A stretch of DNA of 64,000 nucleotides from Candidatus Bathyarchaeia archaeon (lineage in GTDB: Archaea > Thermoproteota > Bathyarchaeia > Bathyarchaeales > DTEX01), in the NCBI GenBank assembly GCA_038817885.1, contig JAWAZE010000001.1, positions 86,126-150,125 on the forward strand. The letters are read 5' to 3'. The translations under genes and the position numbers were made by a program. Under the pieces are notes generated by a model. The model was not told the DNA's origin. It saw only the letters and a list, made by a program, of their open reading frames with translations, and searched no databases. This document shows positions 48,679 to 58,385 of this stretch, one piece after another. The first letter of the stretch is position 1. Each line of letters starts with the position of its first letter.

Positions 48679-49206
48679 GTGTACGGGGTTAAACATAGGC
48701 ATGTACTCAAATCCAGCGAGAAGAGGGCTTTTATAAAGAGGTTTACTGAAACCTTTAATATCAACATTGAAGAGATCGTTGGGGATAGAATAGAGATCGA
48801 AGTTGCTGAACTGCATGAAAAAGCAACACTCATAATTATTAATGGTAGACCCTTACTCATAGAATCTGAGGGAGATCTGGTGCCAACATTATTATTTGAT
48901 GAATTAATAGGGCGCTTTCCAAAGGTTTTTGTCGATATGGGAGCCATTCCACACATATGTAACGGAGCCGACATAATGGCACCTGGCATAGTTAGAGTTG
49001 ATGGCGAATTTAAGGAGGGGGATCTGATTACAGTATTAGATGAAAAGCATGGTAAGGCGATAGCCATCGCCAGGTCTCTCGTTAATTCTGAAGTTATAAG
49101 GAACCTTAAAAGAGGCAAAGTTCTTAAAAACATACATTATGTAGGGGATCCCATATGGAAAATCATTTTTAAATCCTTTGATGGAAACAAAAAGGTTAAG
49201 ACCTAA
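48679..49206 (+). CDS. PUA-domain RNA-binding protein (DUF1947/MCT-1-like)
   Basis: VDMGAIPHICNGADIMAPGI, HYVGD. Confidence 0.9.
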   Translation: MYGVKHRHVLKSSEKRAFIKRFTETFNINIEEIVGDRIEIEVAELHEKATLIIINGRPLLIESEGDLVPTLLFDELIGRFPKVFVDMGAIPHICNGADIMAPGIVRVDGEFKEGDLITVLDEKHGKAIAIARSLVNSEVIRNLKRGKVLKNIHYVGDPIWKIIFKSFDGNKKVKT

Positions 49207-49253
49207 ATTTAAGTAATCTATCTTTTGACTAATATTTCGGGGAGATAGCAATC

Positions 49254-49652
49254 TTGACTAATCTAAGTTTATTGGAAAAAATTCGGGATTTTATTAAATT
49301 GGGATTAAGAAGAAGGGCCAAAGAGGGGGGAAAGGAGATAAAAATGGAGGAAGGAGAAAAGCCCCCCTCATTTACCGGCAAGATGTATTTAAAGGCGCTA
49401 ACCATCCATTCTCCGGAGGAGATGGAGAAGATTAGAGATGAAATTAAGTCCGGAAACATATTGATAATTAAGATCGAACCACTAGTAAAGAAGAGTGTAG
49501 AGGAGGCTAAGCGCGTTGTTAACGAGATGAGCGAATTTGCAGCGTCTGTGGGCGGCGATATCGCGCGTCTGGGTGAAGAGAGGATAATATTAACTCCGCC
49601 GGGCGTCCAAATATGGAGAGAAAAACCTTCCGATCCATCAACTAAAATCTAA
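49254..49652 (+). CDS. sepF: Cell division protein SepF-like
   Basis: Amphipathic N-terminus; GNILII, GGDIARLGEERIILTP. Confidence 0.8.
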   Translation: MTNLSLLEKIRDFIKLGLRRRAKEGGKEIKMEEGEKPPSFTGKMYLKALTIHSPEEMEKIRDEIKSGNILIIKIEPLVKKSVEEAKRVVNEMSEFAASVGGDIARLGEERIILTPPGVQIWREKPSDPSTKI

Positions 49653-49671
49653 TTATTTAGAGTTCCGTTAA

Positions 49672-51588
49672 TTAACGAAGTTTTATTGTCTCTAAAATAT
49701 CTGGTGCTATAGCATTGATCTTATACTTTCTTTGCAGAAACTCGGCTAAAGATATACACTTATTTCTCTCTCCATGGCACACAATTATGTTTTCCGCCTT
49801 TGGTGCTATTTTGCGTAAATAACTTATTATTTGCCTCCTATCCGAGTGCCCGGAGAATCCCTCAACGGTATGGATCTTTAGACCAACCTTTATGATCTTA
49901 ATTTTTCCATCCTCATTTATGATCGAGACTTCATGTGAGCCTTTCTGAATCTTTCGGCCTAGGGTTCCTTCAATCTGGTAACTAACAAAGATTAGCGAGT
50001 TTCGCTCATCATGTGCAAGGTTCTGGAAATAATCTATAACCGGGCCACCCTCAAGCATCCCTGAGGTTGCCAATATTATGCATGGTCCCCCCTCTATTAT
50101 CTCGCTCCGCGCGCTCGGATGCTCCACTATTGTAAAGTACTCGGATTCAAATGGATTAACCCCTTCATTAATTATTTTATTACGCACTTCTCTGGAGAGG
50201 TATTCTGGGTAAGCCATGTGTATCGCGGTGGATTCTGAGATCATGCCCTCAATGAATACTGGGACCTCTTTAAGTTCTCCACGTCTCATGTACTCATCTA
50301 TTACAAGCATTATTTCCTGCGCCCTACCAACCGCCGGAACTGGGATTATCGCTTTTCCACCCTTATTCAGCGTCTCATTAAGTATCGCAACAAGCTTCTT
50401 TTCAGCTTCGATCCTAGAAGGCATTATATCGATGGGGGCAGCATATGTACTCTCCACTATAACTGTTTCAACCCTAGGAAACTCCGTGTCTGAACTCTCG
50501 AGAAGCATTGTTTTCCCATACTTGAAGTCTCCGGTATAAACTATATTATGATGGCCCTCGCCAATATGGAGATGTATTATTGACGAGCCAAGAATATGAC
50601 CAGCATTATGTAGTGTCAGTCTTATATCTGGCGCTATATCCGTAACGACGCCAAAGCGAAGCGGAATAGCATGAAGCACGACTTCCCGGACATCCTTTTG
50701 ATCATAGGGTAGCGGGAGACCTTGCTTAGATAAGACGTCTAAGTAATCTAACTGGAGTAAAGTCATGAGACTAACGCTTGGAGCAGAACAGTAGACGGGT
50801 CCATCATAGCCGTACTTAAATAAGTATGGTAGAAAACCGCAGTGGTCTAAATGAGCATGGCTTATCACGACGGCGTCTATAGACTCTACGTCAAATTGTT
50901 GCGCATCAAACCTTGGGAAGCTTTCGAAGGGTTTTGTTGAGCCTGGGTTTATCCCGCAGTCTAATAGGACTTGGCTCTCCCTCGTTTGTACAAGGATTGC
51001 GGAACGGCCAACCTCCCTCGCGGCGCCAAGCAGCATTACTCTTACATCACCAATCTCATATAAAAGTGACCTAAAGATCCTTTCACCGACATTTCTAAGA
51101 ATTCTCTCCCTCTCTTTGCTACTGGCATATAGTAGATGTTGTATATGCGTCATTATTTTCGATTGTTTAGGCGGGCTCCTAATAACTCTTGGTCTCCACT
51201 TCGTTCTAATAATTATTTCTTGGAGTAATGCTCCACCTTTTCCTATAACAAGCCCCGGCTTCTTCGCCTCAATTACAACCTCGCTCAATGGTGGATCAAA
51301 CGTTATATTCGTTATCTCAGCTTCTTTTGGAACCACCTCATATATTATTTTTTCAGTCTCATTCTCCGGAAGTCTCACCGAAGGATCTGAACGGAGGACT
51401 ATTCTTTTCTTAATCATGGCGACAATTTTTGTAATTATATGTTCTTGTTCTATCAGAACCTCGGGTTTCTTTGCGTAGATGGCTAGCGCTGGCCCCTCAA
51501 ATTCTACGCGCGTTATCTCAGCCTCTTTTGGAATTTGTTCCAGTATTATCTGTCTGATCTCGGCTTTGCTTTTCTCAATTGATGGCAA
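49672..51588 (-). CDS. fttA: Beta-CASP ribonuclease aCPSF1 (FttA)
   Basis: KH domains, EVGRS, SHAHLDHCG, AGHILGS, GFSGHSD. Confidence 0.96.
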   Translation of the reverse strand: MPSIEKSKAEIRQIILEQIPKEAEITRVEFEGPALAIYAKKPEVLIEQEHIITKIVAMIKKRIVLRSDPSVRLPENETEKIIYEVVPKEAEITNITFDPPLSEVVIEAKKPGLVIGKGGALLQEIIIRTKWRPRVIRSPPKQSKIMTHIQHLLYASSKERERILRNVGERIFRSLLYEIGDVRVMLLGAAREVGRSAILVQTRESQVLLDCGINPGSTKPFESFPRFDAQQFDVESIDAVVISHAHLDHCGFLPYLFKYGYDGPVYCSAPSVSLMTLLQLDYLDVLSKQGLPLPYDQKDVREVVLHAIPLRFGVVTDIAPDIRLTLHNAGHILGSSIIHLHIGEGHHNIVYTGDFKYGKTMLLESSDTEFPRVETVIVESTYAAPIDIMPSRIEAEKKLVAILNETLNKGGKAIIPVPAVGRAQEIMLVIDEYMRRGELKEVPVFIEGMISESTAIHMAYPEYLSREVRNKIINEGVNPFESEYFTIVEHPSARSEIIEGGPCIILATSGMLEGGPVIDYFQNLAHDERNSLIFVSYQIEGTLGRKIQKGSHEVSIINEDGKIKIIKVGLKIHTVEGFSGHSDRRQIISYLRKIAPKAENIIVCHGERNKCISLAEFLQRKYKINAIAPDILETIKLR

Positions 51589-51880
51589 CTACTAATCTCC
51601 TCCCACTTTAAGCATGAAGGTTTCATTTCTTAACGCCTAAAGAAACTACCAACCCCGCTAAAATAACCCAGATTAATTATTATTCCACATTGCTCACTAA
51701 TACTTAAACATTTTTGTTAGAAAGCAATACATCCTCTCCAACTACCTCAATTAAAAAGATGGCAAGTCTCAGATTTAAACTTACTCGACATTTAAACCCG
51801 AATTTTAGAAACTTTTTAATATCTTTTCTTAAGTATCGAGATATTAGTTTGCATCCCCTTTTCAAAGGGTTGAATAAGTA

Positions 51881-52945
51881 TTGAGCCAGTTTACTCATAG
51901 GATGCAGCTACCTAGAGAGATAATTGTTGGTAGGGGGAGCCTAGAGTTTATTGGTTCAATATGTAAAAGCCTGAATTTCACCAAAAGCGCACTATTGGTA
52001 ACGGGCGAGATAACATTTGAAGTGGCTGGCAAGATGGTTAAAGAGATTCTTAAAGGCGAGGGGCTTATGGTTGAGGAACACATAATACCATCAAACATAC
52101 CAACCATTAACGATGTTATGATATGTGAAGAAAAGATAAGAAAGTCTAAGCCTCAGGTGGTTTTAGGCATTGGTGGCGGAACAAAGATTGACATCGCAAA
52201 ACTGAGCTCTGCAAATCAAGGAACCCCCTTCATAAGTATCCCGACTACGGCTTCCCACGATGGCCTCTCAAGCCCCTTCGCTTCCCTTAAAGGATTGGGG
52301 AAACCATACTCCATTATGGCTCAATCCCCGATAGCCATTATAGCGGATACTGAAATTATAAGTAGGGCACCTTACCGATTTATTGCCAGTGGTTGCGGGG
52401 ACATTATAGCAAAGATAACTTCGGTAAGGGACTGGAAGCTTGCACATGAAAGGAAGAATGAATATTACGCACAGTATACTGCGAGCATGTCCTTGATGAG
52501 CGCGCAACATTTAATTGAGAACTCCAACATGATCAGGCCTAACTCTGAAGAGGGATTAAGAGTGCTTTTAGAGTCCCTTATTAGCTGTGGCATAGCTATG
52601 GGTATAGCTGGAAGCAGTAGACCGTGTAGCGGCTCTGAGCACCTTTTTAGTCACGCATTAGATTTAATAGTACCCAAACCAGCCCTTCATGGGGAGCAGT
52701 GCGGCATAGGGACTATAATGATGGCTTCCCTGCATGGACTCGATTGGAGGATGATAAGAGATACTTTAAGAAGAATCGGTGCCCCGGTTACTGCTGAAGA
52801 GGTGGGCATAGAGCCAAAGTATATAGTTGAGGCGCTCGTAATCGCGCCGAGAATCCGCCCAGAAAGATACACTATTCTTCATGAAAAACCATTAACTCAT
52901 GAAGAAGCTTTCACTTTAGCTAAGGAGACTGGAGTGATAGAGTAG
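51881..52945 (+). CDS. egsA: Glycerol-1-phosphate dehydrogenase
   Basis: GGGTKID, PTTASHDG, SRPCSGSEHLFSH, LHGEQCG. Confidence 0.95.
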   Translation: MSQFTHRMQLPREIIVGRGSLEFIGSICKSLNFTKSALLVTGEITFEVAGKMVKEILKGEGLMVEEHIIPSNIPTINDVMICEEKIRKSKPQVVLGIGGGTKIDIAKLSSANQGTPFISIPTTASHDGLSSPFASLKGLGKPYSIMAQSPIAIIADTEIISRAPYRFIASGCGDIIAKITSVRDWKLAHERKNEYYAQYTASMSLMSAQHLIENSNMIRPNSEEGLRVLLESLISCGIAMGIAGSSRPCSGSEHLFSHALDLIVPKPALHGEQCGIGTIMMASLHGLDWRMIRDTLRRIGAPVTAEEVGIEPKYIVEALVIAPRIRPERYTILHEKPLTHEEAFTLAKETGVIE

Positions 52946-52947
52946 TA

Positions 52948-53424
52948 ATGCCCGGAGGAACGCGGAAGGAGAAACCTGGGAAAATTATAGTTACCATGTT
53001 AAGTGCAAGCCAGTCCAGAGTCGGTGAAACCTTTATTTATAGGGGGTTTGGGCAGAAATGTTGTGGCTGCAGGTACTTTAATGTGTGTGCTGGAAACTTA
53101 AGGGAGGGGCGAATATATAAAGTTGTCAGAGTGCGAAATAGGGTGTTTAAGTGTGAGGCCTATGATATTGAGATGCGGGTGGTTGATGTCATCGAGACTG
53201 AGATAGATGTGGCAATACCATCAAAACAGGCTATTGAGGGGGTAATATTAACTTTTTCTCCACAGAAATGTGATAGAGAGTTCTGTGAGAATTATATACT
53301 ATGCTTTCCAATCGGATTAATGGAAAATGATCGGTGCGAAGTAGTTAAAGTTTATGGAAGAATCATCTGCCCTCTGGGGCTGCAGTTGACGAAGGTGCTC
53401 CTAAGGAGGGTTCCTTCCTCATGA
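52948..53424 (+). CDS. UPF0179 family protein
   Basis: Cys-rich archaeal protein, LREGRIYKV; downstream of egsA. Confidence 0.8.
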   Translation: MPGGTRKEKPGKIIVTMLSASQSRVGETFIYRGFGQKCCGCRYFNVCAGNLREGRIYKVVRVRNRVFKCEAYDIEMRVVDVIETEIDVAIPSKQAIEGVILTFSPQKCDREFCENYILCFPIGLMENDRCEVVKVYGRIICPLGLQLTKVLLRRVPSS

Positions 53425-54097
53425 AGACCTCGATAAAACGTACAGTCTTCTTCTCCGGAAAGAACTTTTGTATATCTAAGGAAATGCCCCGCTTAATCAC
53501 CTGTAACCCCTCAATATAGAAGGCTTCTTCTGGAACAATTATCGTAACACTCTCTTCCCCCATTTCCAGAACAAATTTCTCTATATCAACCTGCGGGATT
53601 CTGCGGTGGATCAGCGCCTTAATCTTCTCCTCAATCGTTTCAATTTTCTTTCTGATGGAGACTTCATAAAATAGCGTCTTGCCTGCCAACGGGGGGTTAA
53701 AGTCCAATTGAACCCTACCGCCACTTATTGCACGTACAGTTGCTATCTTTCCATTAACCTCAATCCTCATCCCCACCATCGGCGATATCTTCTGAGCCAG
53801 AAACCTCCTTAAAGGATACATCTTAATTTTCTCCGGATCCCTGTTCCCAAACCCCTTCTCCGGAGGAACCTCTATGGTCGCTGTTTGACCCACCTCAAGG
53901 TTTTGGATCGCTTCCTCCAGAGCCTTTAAAATCCAGCCTTCTCCGAGAACGATTAGTTTAGGTTCGTATATTGCGCCCTCTTGGTGAATCCCCTCTTTCT
54001 TAGAGACCTCTTCGATCGTTGTATCAAATACTTCTCCGGTCTCGGCAACTTTAGCAACATAGTCTATTAATAGGAAATCTCCTTTCTCAAACGGCAA
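53363..54097 (-). CDS. FKBP-type peptidyl-prolyl isomerase (long archaeal SlyD type)
   Basis: GDFLLIDY, VFDTT, PPEKGFG.RDP, DFNPPLAGK; TTG start at 54097. Confidence 0.9.
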   Translation of the reverse strand: MPFEKGDFLLIDYVAKVAETGEVFDTTIEEVSKKEGIHQEGAIYEPKLIVLGEGWILKALEEAIQNLEVGQTATIEVPPEKGFGNRDPEKIKMYPLRRFLAQKISPMVGMRIEVNGKIATVRAISGGRVQLDFNPPLAGKTLFYEVSIRKKIETIEEKIKALIHRRIPQVDIEKFVLEMGEESVTIIVPEEAFYIEGLQVIKRGISLDIQKFFPEKKTVRFIEVFMRKEPSLGAPSSTAAPEGR

Positions 54098-54170
54098 GTG
54101 GACACACCCGGCAGAGGAATAACAAAAAAGGAATAACAAATCTGTAATATAAACCTTACACGTAAAGTGG

Positions 54171-54848
54171 CTAAAACTGCTTTTGTTTTAACTCCACCTT
54201 CACTTCGCCATCCTCAAGAGTGATCAGCGCATAGTTGCCCTGCTTGGCTGGTCCCGGATTAACTATTATTGAATTTCCTATACGGTCGCTCCCCTTTGCC
54301 TCATGTATATGCCCGCATAGCACTAATATTGGTTTATTTTCCTCAATAAACTTTCTTACACTAATGCTCCCAGCATGCACACCTAAGAATGTTCTATCAA
54401 GCCTAGTATTTTTTGGCGGCGTATGTGATACAAGAATTATGCACGCTTGCTGTTCAAGCCTACGGAGATTTTCTGAGCACTTATGAAGAATCCCCGCTAT
54501 TTCTTCCTCACTCATTTCAAAAGGTGTATTGAAGGGTGATATTGCGCCCCCGCCCAAGCCGACAAAAGCCAAGTTATTATAAAGGAAAACTTCGCCATGA
54601 ATACAGGTTAAGCCATTAAGACGTAGATTTATTAGGGACGGTGGATCACAGTTCCCAGGGACGAAGATTATGGGAGCACTATTTTCTGTTAATGTTCCTA
54701 GTAAAATCCTTGCCTCTTCAACTGTTCCGAAGTTTGTTATGTCCCCACACATAACTGCTAAATCCACACCATGCTGCCTTATATTTTTGGCGAAGGCTTC
54801 AATCGCCCCCCTTGATCCATGAAAATCTGTTCCAGCAATAATCTTCAT
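54171..54848 (-). CDS. Metallophosphoesterase (Icc-like)
   Basis: DFHG, CGD, PGNCD, SHTPP, CGHIHE, NPG; GGAGG SD before ATG 54848. Confidence 0.88.
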   Translation of the reverse strand: MKIIAGTDFHGSRGAIEAFAKNIRQHGVDLAVMCGDITNFGTVEEARILLGTLTENSAPIIFVPGNCDPPSLINLRLNGLTCIHGEVFLYNNLAFVGLGGGAISPFNTPFEMSEEEIAGILHKCSENLRRLEQQACIILVSHTPPKNTRLDRTFLGVHAGSISVRKFIEENKPILVLCGHIHEAKGSDRIGNSIIVNPGPAKQGNYALITLEDGEVKVELKQKQF

Positions 54849-54884
54849 ACGCTTTCCTCCCCCACTCAAAGATAAACCATTCAA

Positions 54885-56462
54885 CTAAAACTCTTGAAGG
54901 TGTAGGGGCAAATTTTTTGTTACCCCCTCTTTCGTAGCGTTCTCCTCCATCTTCTCCCAGGCGGCCTTTGCGAAGGTGGCTGCCTTCCTCGGGTACTCCT
55001 CAACATCTACTTCAATAATTACTGGGAATGGTGTTGGGACGGCAAGCCCCCAGAGCATCGCCTCATGATCCGCTAATCCCGGAAGGTAATCTTTGAGTCT
55101 CTCTGAGCCGTACTCGGTGTACTCTAGAATTGCGTTTTGGTCGTTTCCACTCCTAAGCCTGAAGCATGCCACAGTGTTGCACTGTGAAATACAGCTCTTA
55201 AGGACGTATGCTGGTCTCTGCGTCATAATTATTAAGCCAACATTATATCCACCAGCCTGACTTATTGTTTCGACCATCGAGGCTTTGACCTCTGACTGAG
55301 CGCTAGACTCCTTCATTTCTATGCCCTTCTCTGGGGCAAAATGTTGTGCTTCCTCAATAACTATGATGCATGCGAAGTCCCCGTAATCTTTTCTTTTCAT
55401 CGCATATTCCCTTATCTGGCTTAGAATGTGGCTCGCAGTCCTATGCTGTGCTTCAATATCTGTATCAACTGAAAAATCAATTATGAGGGCATAATTCTTC
55501 AATATTTCCTCTATAATATCTAGTGGCTCGCTTTGTTTGTCCAAGAAGGCGCCCTTATTCTCTATGAACCACTTAATGCTGCTGAAATATTTATTCTTGC
55601 TCTCAGAGGTTTTAACTATGCTTCCCTGATCTATAATCTCGTGAGCCTTAGCGATCAAATTCTTTCTTGAGAGCTGAATTCCATCAGATAACAGTGATCT
55701 AGCGGCCTCTAAAACGATGTCCCGCTCCCTCCCCTTCAGCCCAATCTTTTCGGCGATAAGCCTAGGATTATCTATGGACGGAGTAAACATGTTATAGGGA
55801 ACTATTCTAGCACCATACTTCACTAAGCCAGAATACTCTCCTCTTCTATCAAATATGACGAAACGCGGTTTAGGCTTAAGGTTATGAACCTTTGCAACCA
55901 TGTTAATTATAAAGCTTGATTTACCGGATCTCATCATACCCGCCACAAACATGTGCCCTCTCGCTATGGCGTTTAAATCTATATATGCTGGGATATTTGT
56001 TCCCCTAATTCTCCCTATCGCGAGTAGAAGCGAATCGCTTGAGCTGCCCCTGAATGTTAGGAAGCGCCGTAAGAACTCCTCACCAGGTTCGTAAATACAA
56101 TCCCACGGTGATGGAGCAACCTCCATCAATCTCCATTTTCCCATTTCATCATAGTACCCTAGAATCTCAGCTAATGCAATTGTATATTCAAGTCTCTTTC
56201 CATAATCCGCTCTATAACCCTTCTTACCAGCTAGGGGCCCAATCCTCCCAGTAACCATCTCCGGGTTATATGGCTGAACCCTGAATACTCTCGTGAGGAC
56301 ATATACTTTAGGCTTGAGCGGATGCTCGATAAAGTAAAAATAGTTTACTTTAGCTTGTTCTCCCTCCATAACTACAAATGAGAGTAGGTCATGCGTGCAG
56401 CCTGAGAGGGCATATCCAATTGGTTTTAATTCCTCTAAGTGGCTAGCATTATTATCTGACAT
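54885..56462 (-). CDS. herA: HerA-like ATPase, copy 2 (degenerate Arg finger)
   Basis: HAS-barrel-like N-terminus, Walker A GMMRSGKS, FDRRGEY, IEEAQHFAP, AGGYNVGLIIMTQRP, SQCNT. Confidence 0.85.
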   Translation of the reverse strand: MSDNNASHLEELKPIGYALSGCTHDLLSFVVMEGEQAKVNYFYFIEHPLKPKVYVLTRVFRVQPYNPEMVTGRIGPLAGKKGYRADYGKRLEYTIALAEILGYYDEMGKWRLMEVAPSPWDCIYEPGEEFLRRFLTFRGSSSDSLLLAIGRIRGTNIPAYIDLNAIARGHMFVAGMMRSGKSSFIINMVAKVHNLKPKPRFVIFDRRGEYSGLVKYGARIVPYNMFTPSIDNPRLIAEKIGLKGRERDIVLEAARSLLSDGIQLSRKNLIAKAHEIIDQGSIVKTSESKNKYFSSIKWFIENKGAFLDKQSEPLDIIEEILKNYALIIDFSVDTDIEAQHRTASHILSQIREYAMKRKDYGDFACIIVIEEAQHFAPEKGIEMKESSAQSEVKASMVETISQAGGYNVGLIIMTQRPAYVLKSCISQCNTVACFRLRSGNDQNAILEYTEYGSERLKDYLPGLADHEAMLWGLAVPTPFPVIIEVDVEEYPRKAATFAKAAWEKMEENATKEGVTKNLPLHLQEF

Positions 56463-56480
56463 TTTTCGGTCGCCATTCTC

Positions 56481-57680
56481 TTATATTCTTAGGAGATCCC
56501 TTAAATATTCTCTATCTTTAATGACCCATTTCTCGCCATGCTGGAGTGAAAAGAGGTTCAGGTCCTTCTGACTCAATTCGCCACTCTTTACGAGATCCAG
56601 CGCTTTTGAATAAATTATGAGGGTTCGAATGTTTGAGAGAGATAATGATATCCTAACCAGGCTATCAACCTCATTTAACGCAAATGGTATTCCATGTTCC
56701 TCAGAAGTTGCCAGGATTATTGAGCCAACATCCCCTAAACGATCCATACAGTATCTCGGGAACTCTAATCTGAATGGCGTCATAAACCCTGTCTTAGTAT
56801 AGGAGAAATAAACGTTTAAAATATTCTCTATATCTGTTTCCGGGATACCCATTTTATGACAATTTTTCCTATACCATCTAAGAATTATGCTCTCCTTTGG
56901 AATAGGTTTTGGCTCCATATACTCGCCTACATTTAATATTGCGTCTAAGAGAGCAGTATCCCTCATCTTTGGAAAGCCCATCTCAGCACATATATCGTTT
57001 ACACGAGTTCTCTTTACAAAGCCGACTACCGGAATGTCCATTTTAAAGCAAGTGTATATTAATTCTATTGACTTAAGGGTTGCCAGACTGGAATCTTTCT
57101 TATACTCTTCTGTGAAGCCGGGCCTAATTGGCAGAAGCCAGTAATTTAGCAGTAAGGAGCCATCCATGAGAACGTATTTCGGTCTCCAACGCCCAACCGC
57201 ATCTAAAGTTACCTCAAATTGTAGCTTGAATGCTAAAAGAGATTCTCGGTCACGCGCACGCGGCTCATCGGGCCATACGTCTTGTTCATCAATCTTAAAT
57301 ATTGGTTCGTCAACAACTTTTTTCCCCTCCGTAACTATAGCTGCGGATGCATAGAACGGTATGAAGGCTGACCTAAAGTCTACACCGTTATTGCTTGCAT
57401 CTGAGGCAACTAGCAGTGAGTTGGATACACTTTCCTCTACAACGAACCTGCCAATAGACATTTTCTTCCTCAAATCATCTAATAATTTTCTCCGTCCCTC
57501 ATTATACTCTTTCAGCTTCCTAACTATCGTATCAGTCCCACTATTAACAAGCTCATCATAAAGCCTTGGATGGAGTGTTTCCTGCTCATCCTCATTAATT
57601 ATCGGCGAAAGAAAAGTCTTTATAAAGGGGAATGCTCTTTTAGCAAGATCCCTATAATTTAATTCATTCATATAAACCAT
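56481..57680 (-). CDS. nurA: NurA-family nuclease, copy 2
   Basis: ASDAS, LMDGSL, VGFVKR, RDTALL, FRLEFP, GIPFALNEVD. Confidence 0.8.
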   Translation of the reverse strand: MVYMNELNYRDLAKRAFPFIKTFLSPIINEDEQETLHPRLYDELVNSGTDTIVRKLKEYNEGRRKLLDDLRKKMSIGRFVVEESVSNSLLVASDASNNGVDFRSAFIPFYASAAIVTEGKKVVDEPIFKIDEQDVWPDEPRARDRESLLAFKLQFEVTLDAVGRWRPKYVLMDGSLLLNYWLLPIRPGFTEEYKKDSSLATLKSIELIYTCFKMDIPVVGFVKRTRVNDICAEMGFPKMRDTALLDAILNVGEYMEPKPIPKESIILRWYRKNCHKMGIPETDIENILNVYFSYTKTGFMTPFRLEFPRYCMDRLGDVGSIILATSEEHGIPFALNEVDSLVRISLSLSNIRTLIIYSKALDLVKSGELSQKDLNLFSLQHGEKWVIKDREYLRDLLRI

Positions 57681-57706
57681 AGATTTTGGAGGGTAATTTT
57701 TAAGTT

Positions 57707-58225
57707 TTATGGGGGCTCAAACGGGTATGATTTTCCAAACTCATTTAAGAAGAAAATTTGCTCCCTCGGCTTTCTGGGCTTAGGCGCGGGTCTCTCATCT
57801 GGAAAGCCTACTGCCAACAATATTATGACCGAGAGGTTTTCCGGTATCTTCAATATCTGCTTAACCTTCTCCTCCTCAAAGGCGCCCACAAAGCATGTGC
57901 CTAACCCCTCCTCGCAAGCCTCAAGGATCATGAAGCTAGCCGCTATGAATGGATCCTGCCTATACCATCTTGATGCACTTGGATCACCTAAAAATACTAT
58001 TACCGCTCCAGCCTCACCAACAAACTTTTGTCCCATACAAGCGTCAACGAGCTTACTTTTAACCTCCTCATCCTCAATAACTATGAAATACCATGGTTGC
58101 GCATTGCGCCCCGAGGGTGCTAGCCTACCGGCTTCAAGAATCCTCTTCAGGATATCTTTTGGTATACGCTCCTTCCTATACTTCCTTATAGATCTTCTCT
58201 CCGATATTAGCTTAAAAACCTCCAT
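57707..58225 (-). CDS. Nitroreductase family protein
   Basis: RRSIRKY, APSGRNAQPW, GLGTCFVG; start set at ATG 58225. Confidence 0.9.
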   Translation of the reverse strand: MEVFKLISERRSIRKYRKERIPKDILKRILEAGRLAPSGRNAQPWYFIVIEDEEVKSKLVDACMGQKFVGEAGAVIVFLGDPSASRWYRQDPFIAASFMILEACEEGLGTCFVGAFEEEKVKQILKIPENLSVIILLAVGFPDERPAPKPRKPREQIFFLNEFGKSYPFEPP

Positions 58226-58385
58226 CCCCTCACTCTCCCGGATATCGTAATATCTCACTAAACCTCTTTTATAGCCTCGGAGATCCTTATATAAGTTTAG
58301 GAGGGTTAATCCATCAAAAGCGTAGAGAAAACATGGCTTTTTTAAGCGACGGACGCAACACGCCGAACTGGCTTCGGAGCCCAAA

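Noticed and set aside
54171-54848. Metallophosphoesterase next to herA read as Mre11
   Set aside because: Only about 225 aa with GNCD/GHIHE Icc-type motifs and no Mre11 capping or Rad50-binding region; no rad50 nearby.
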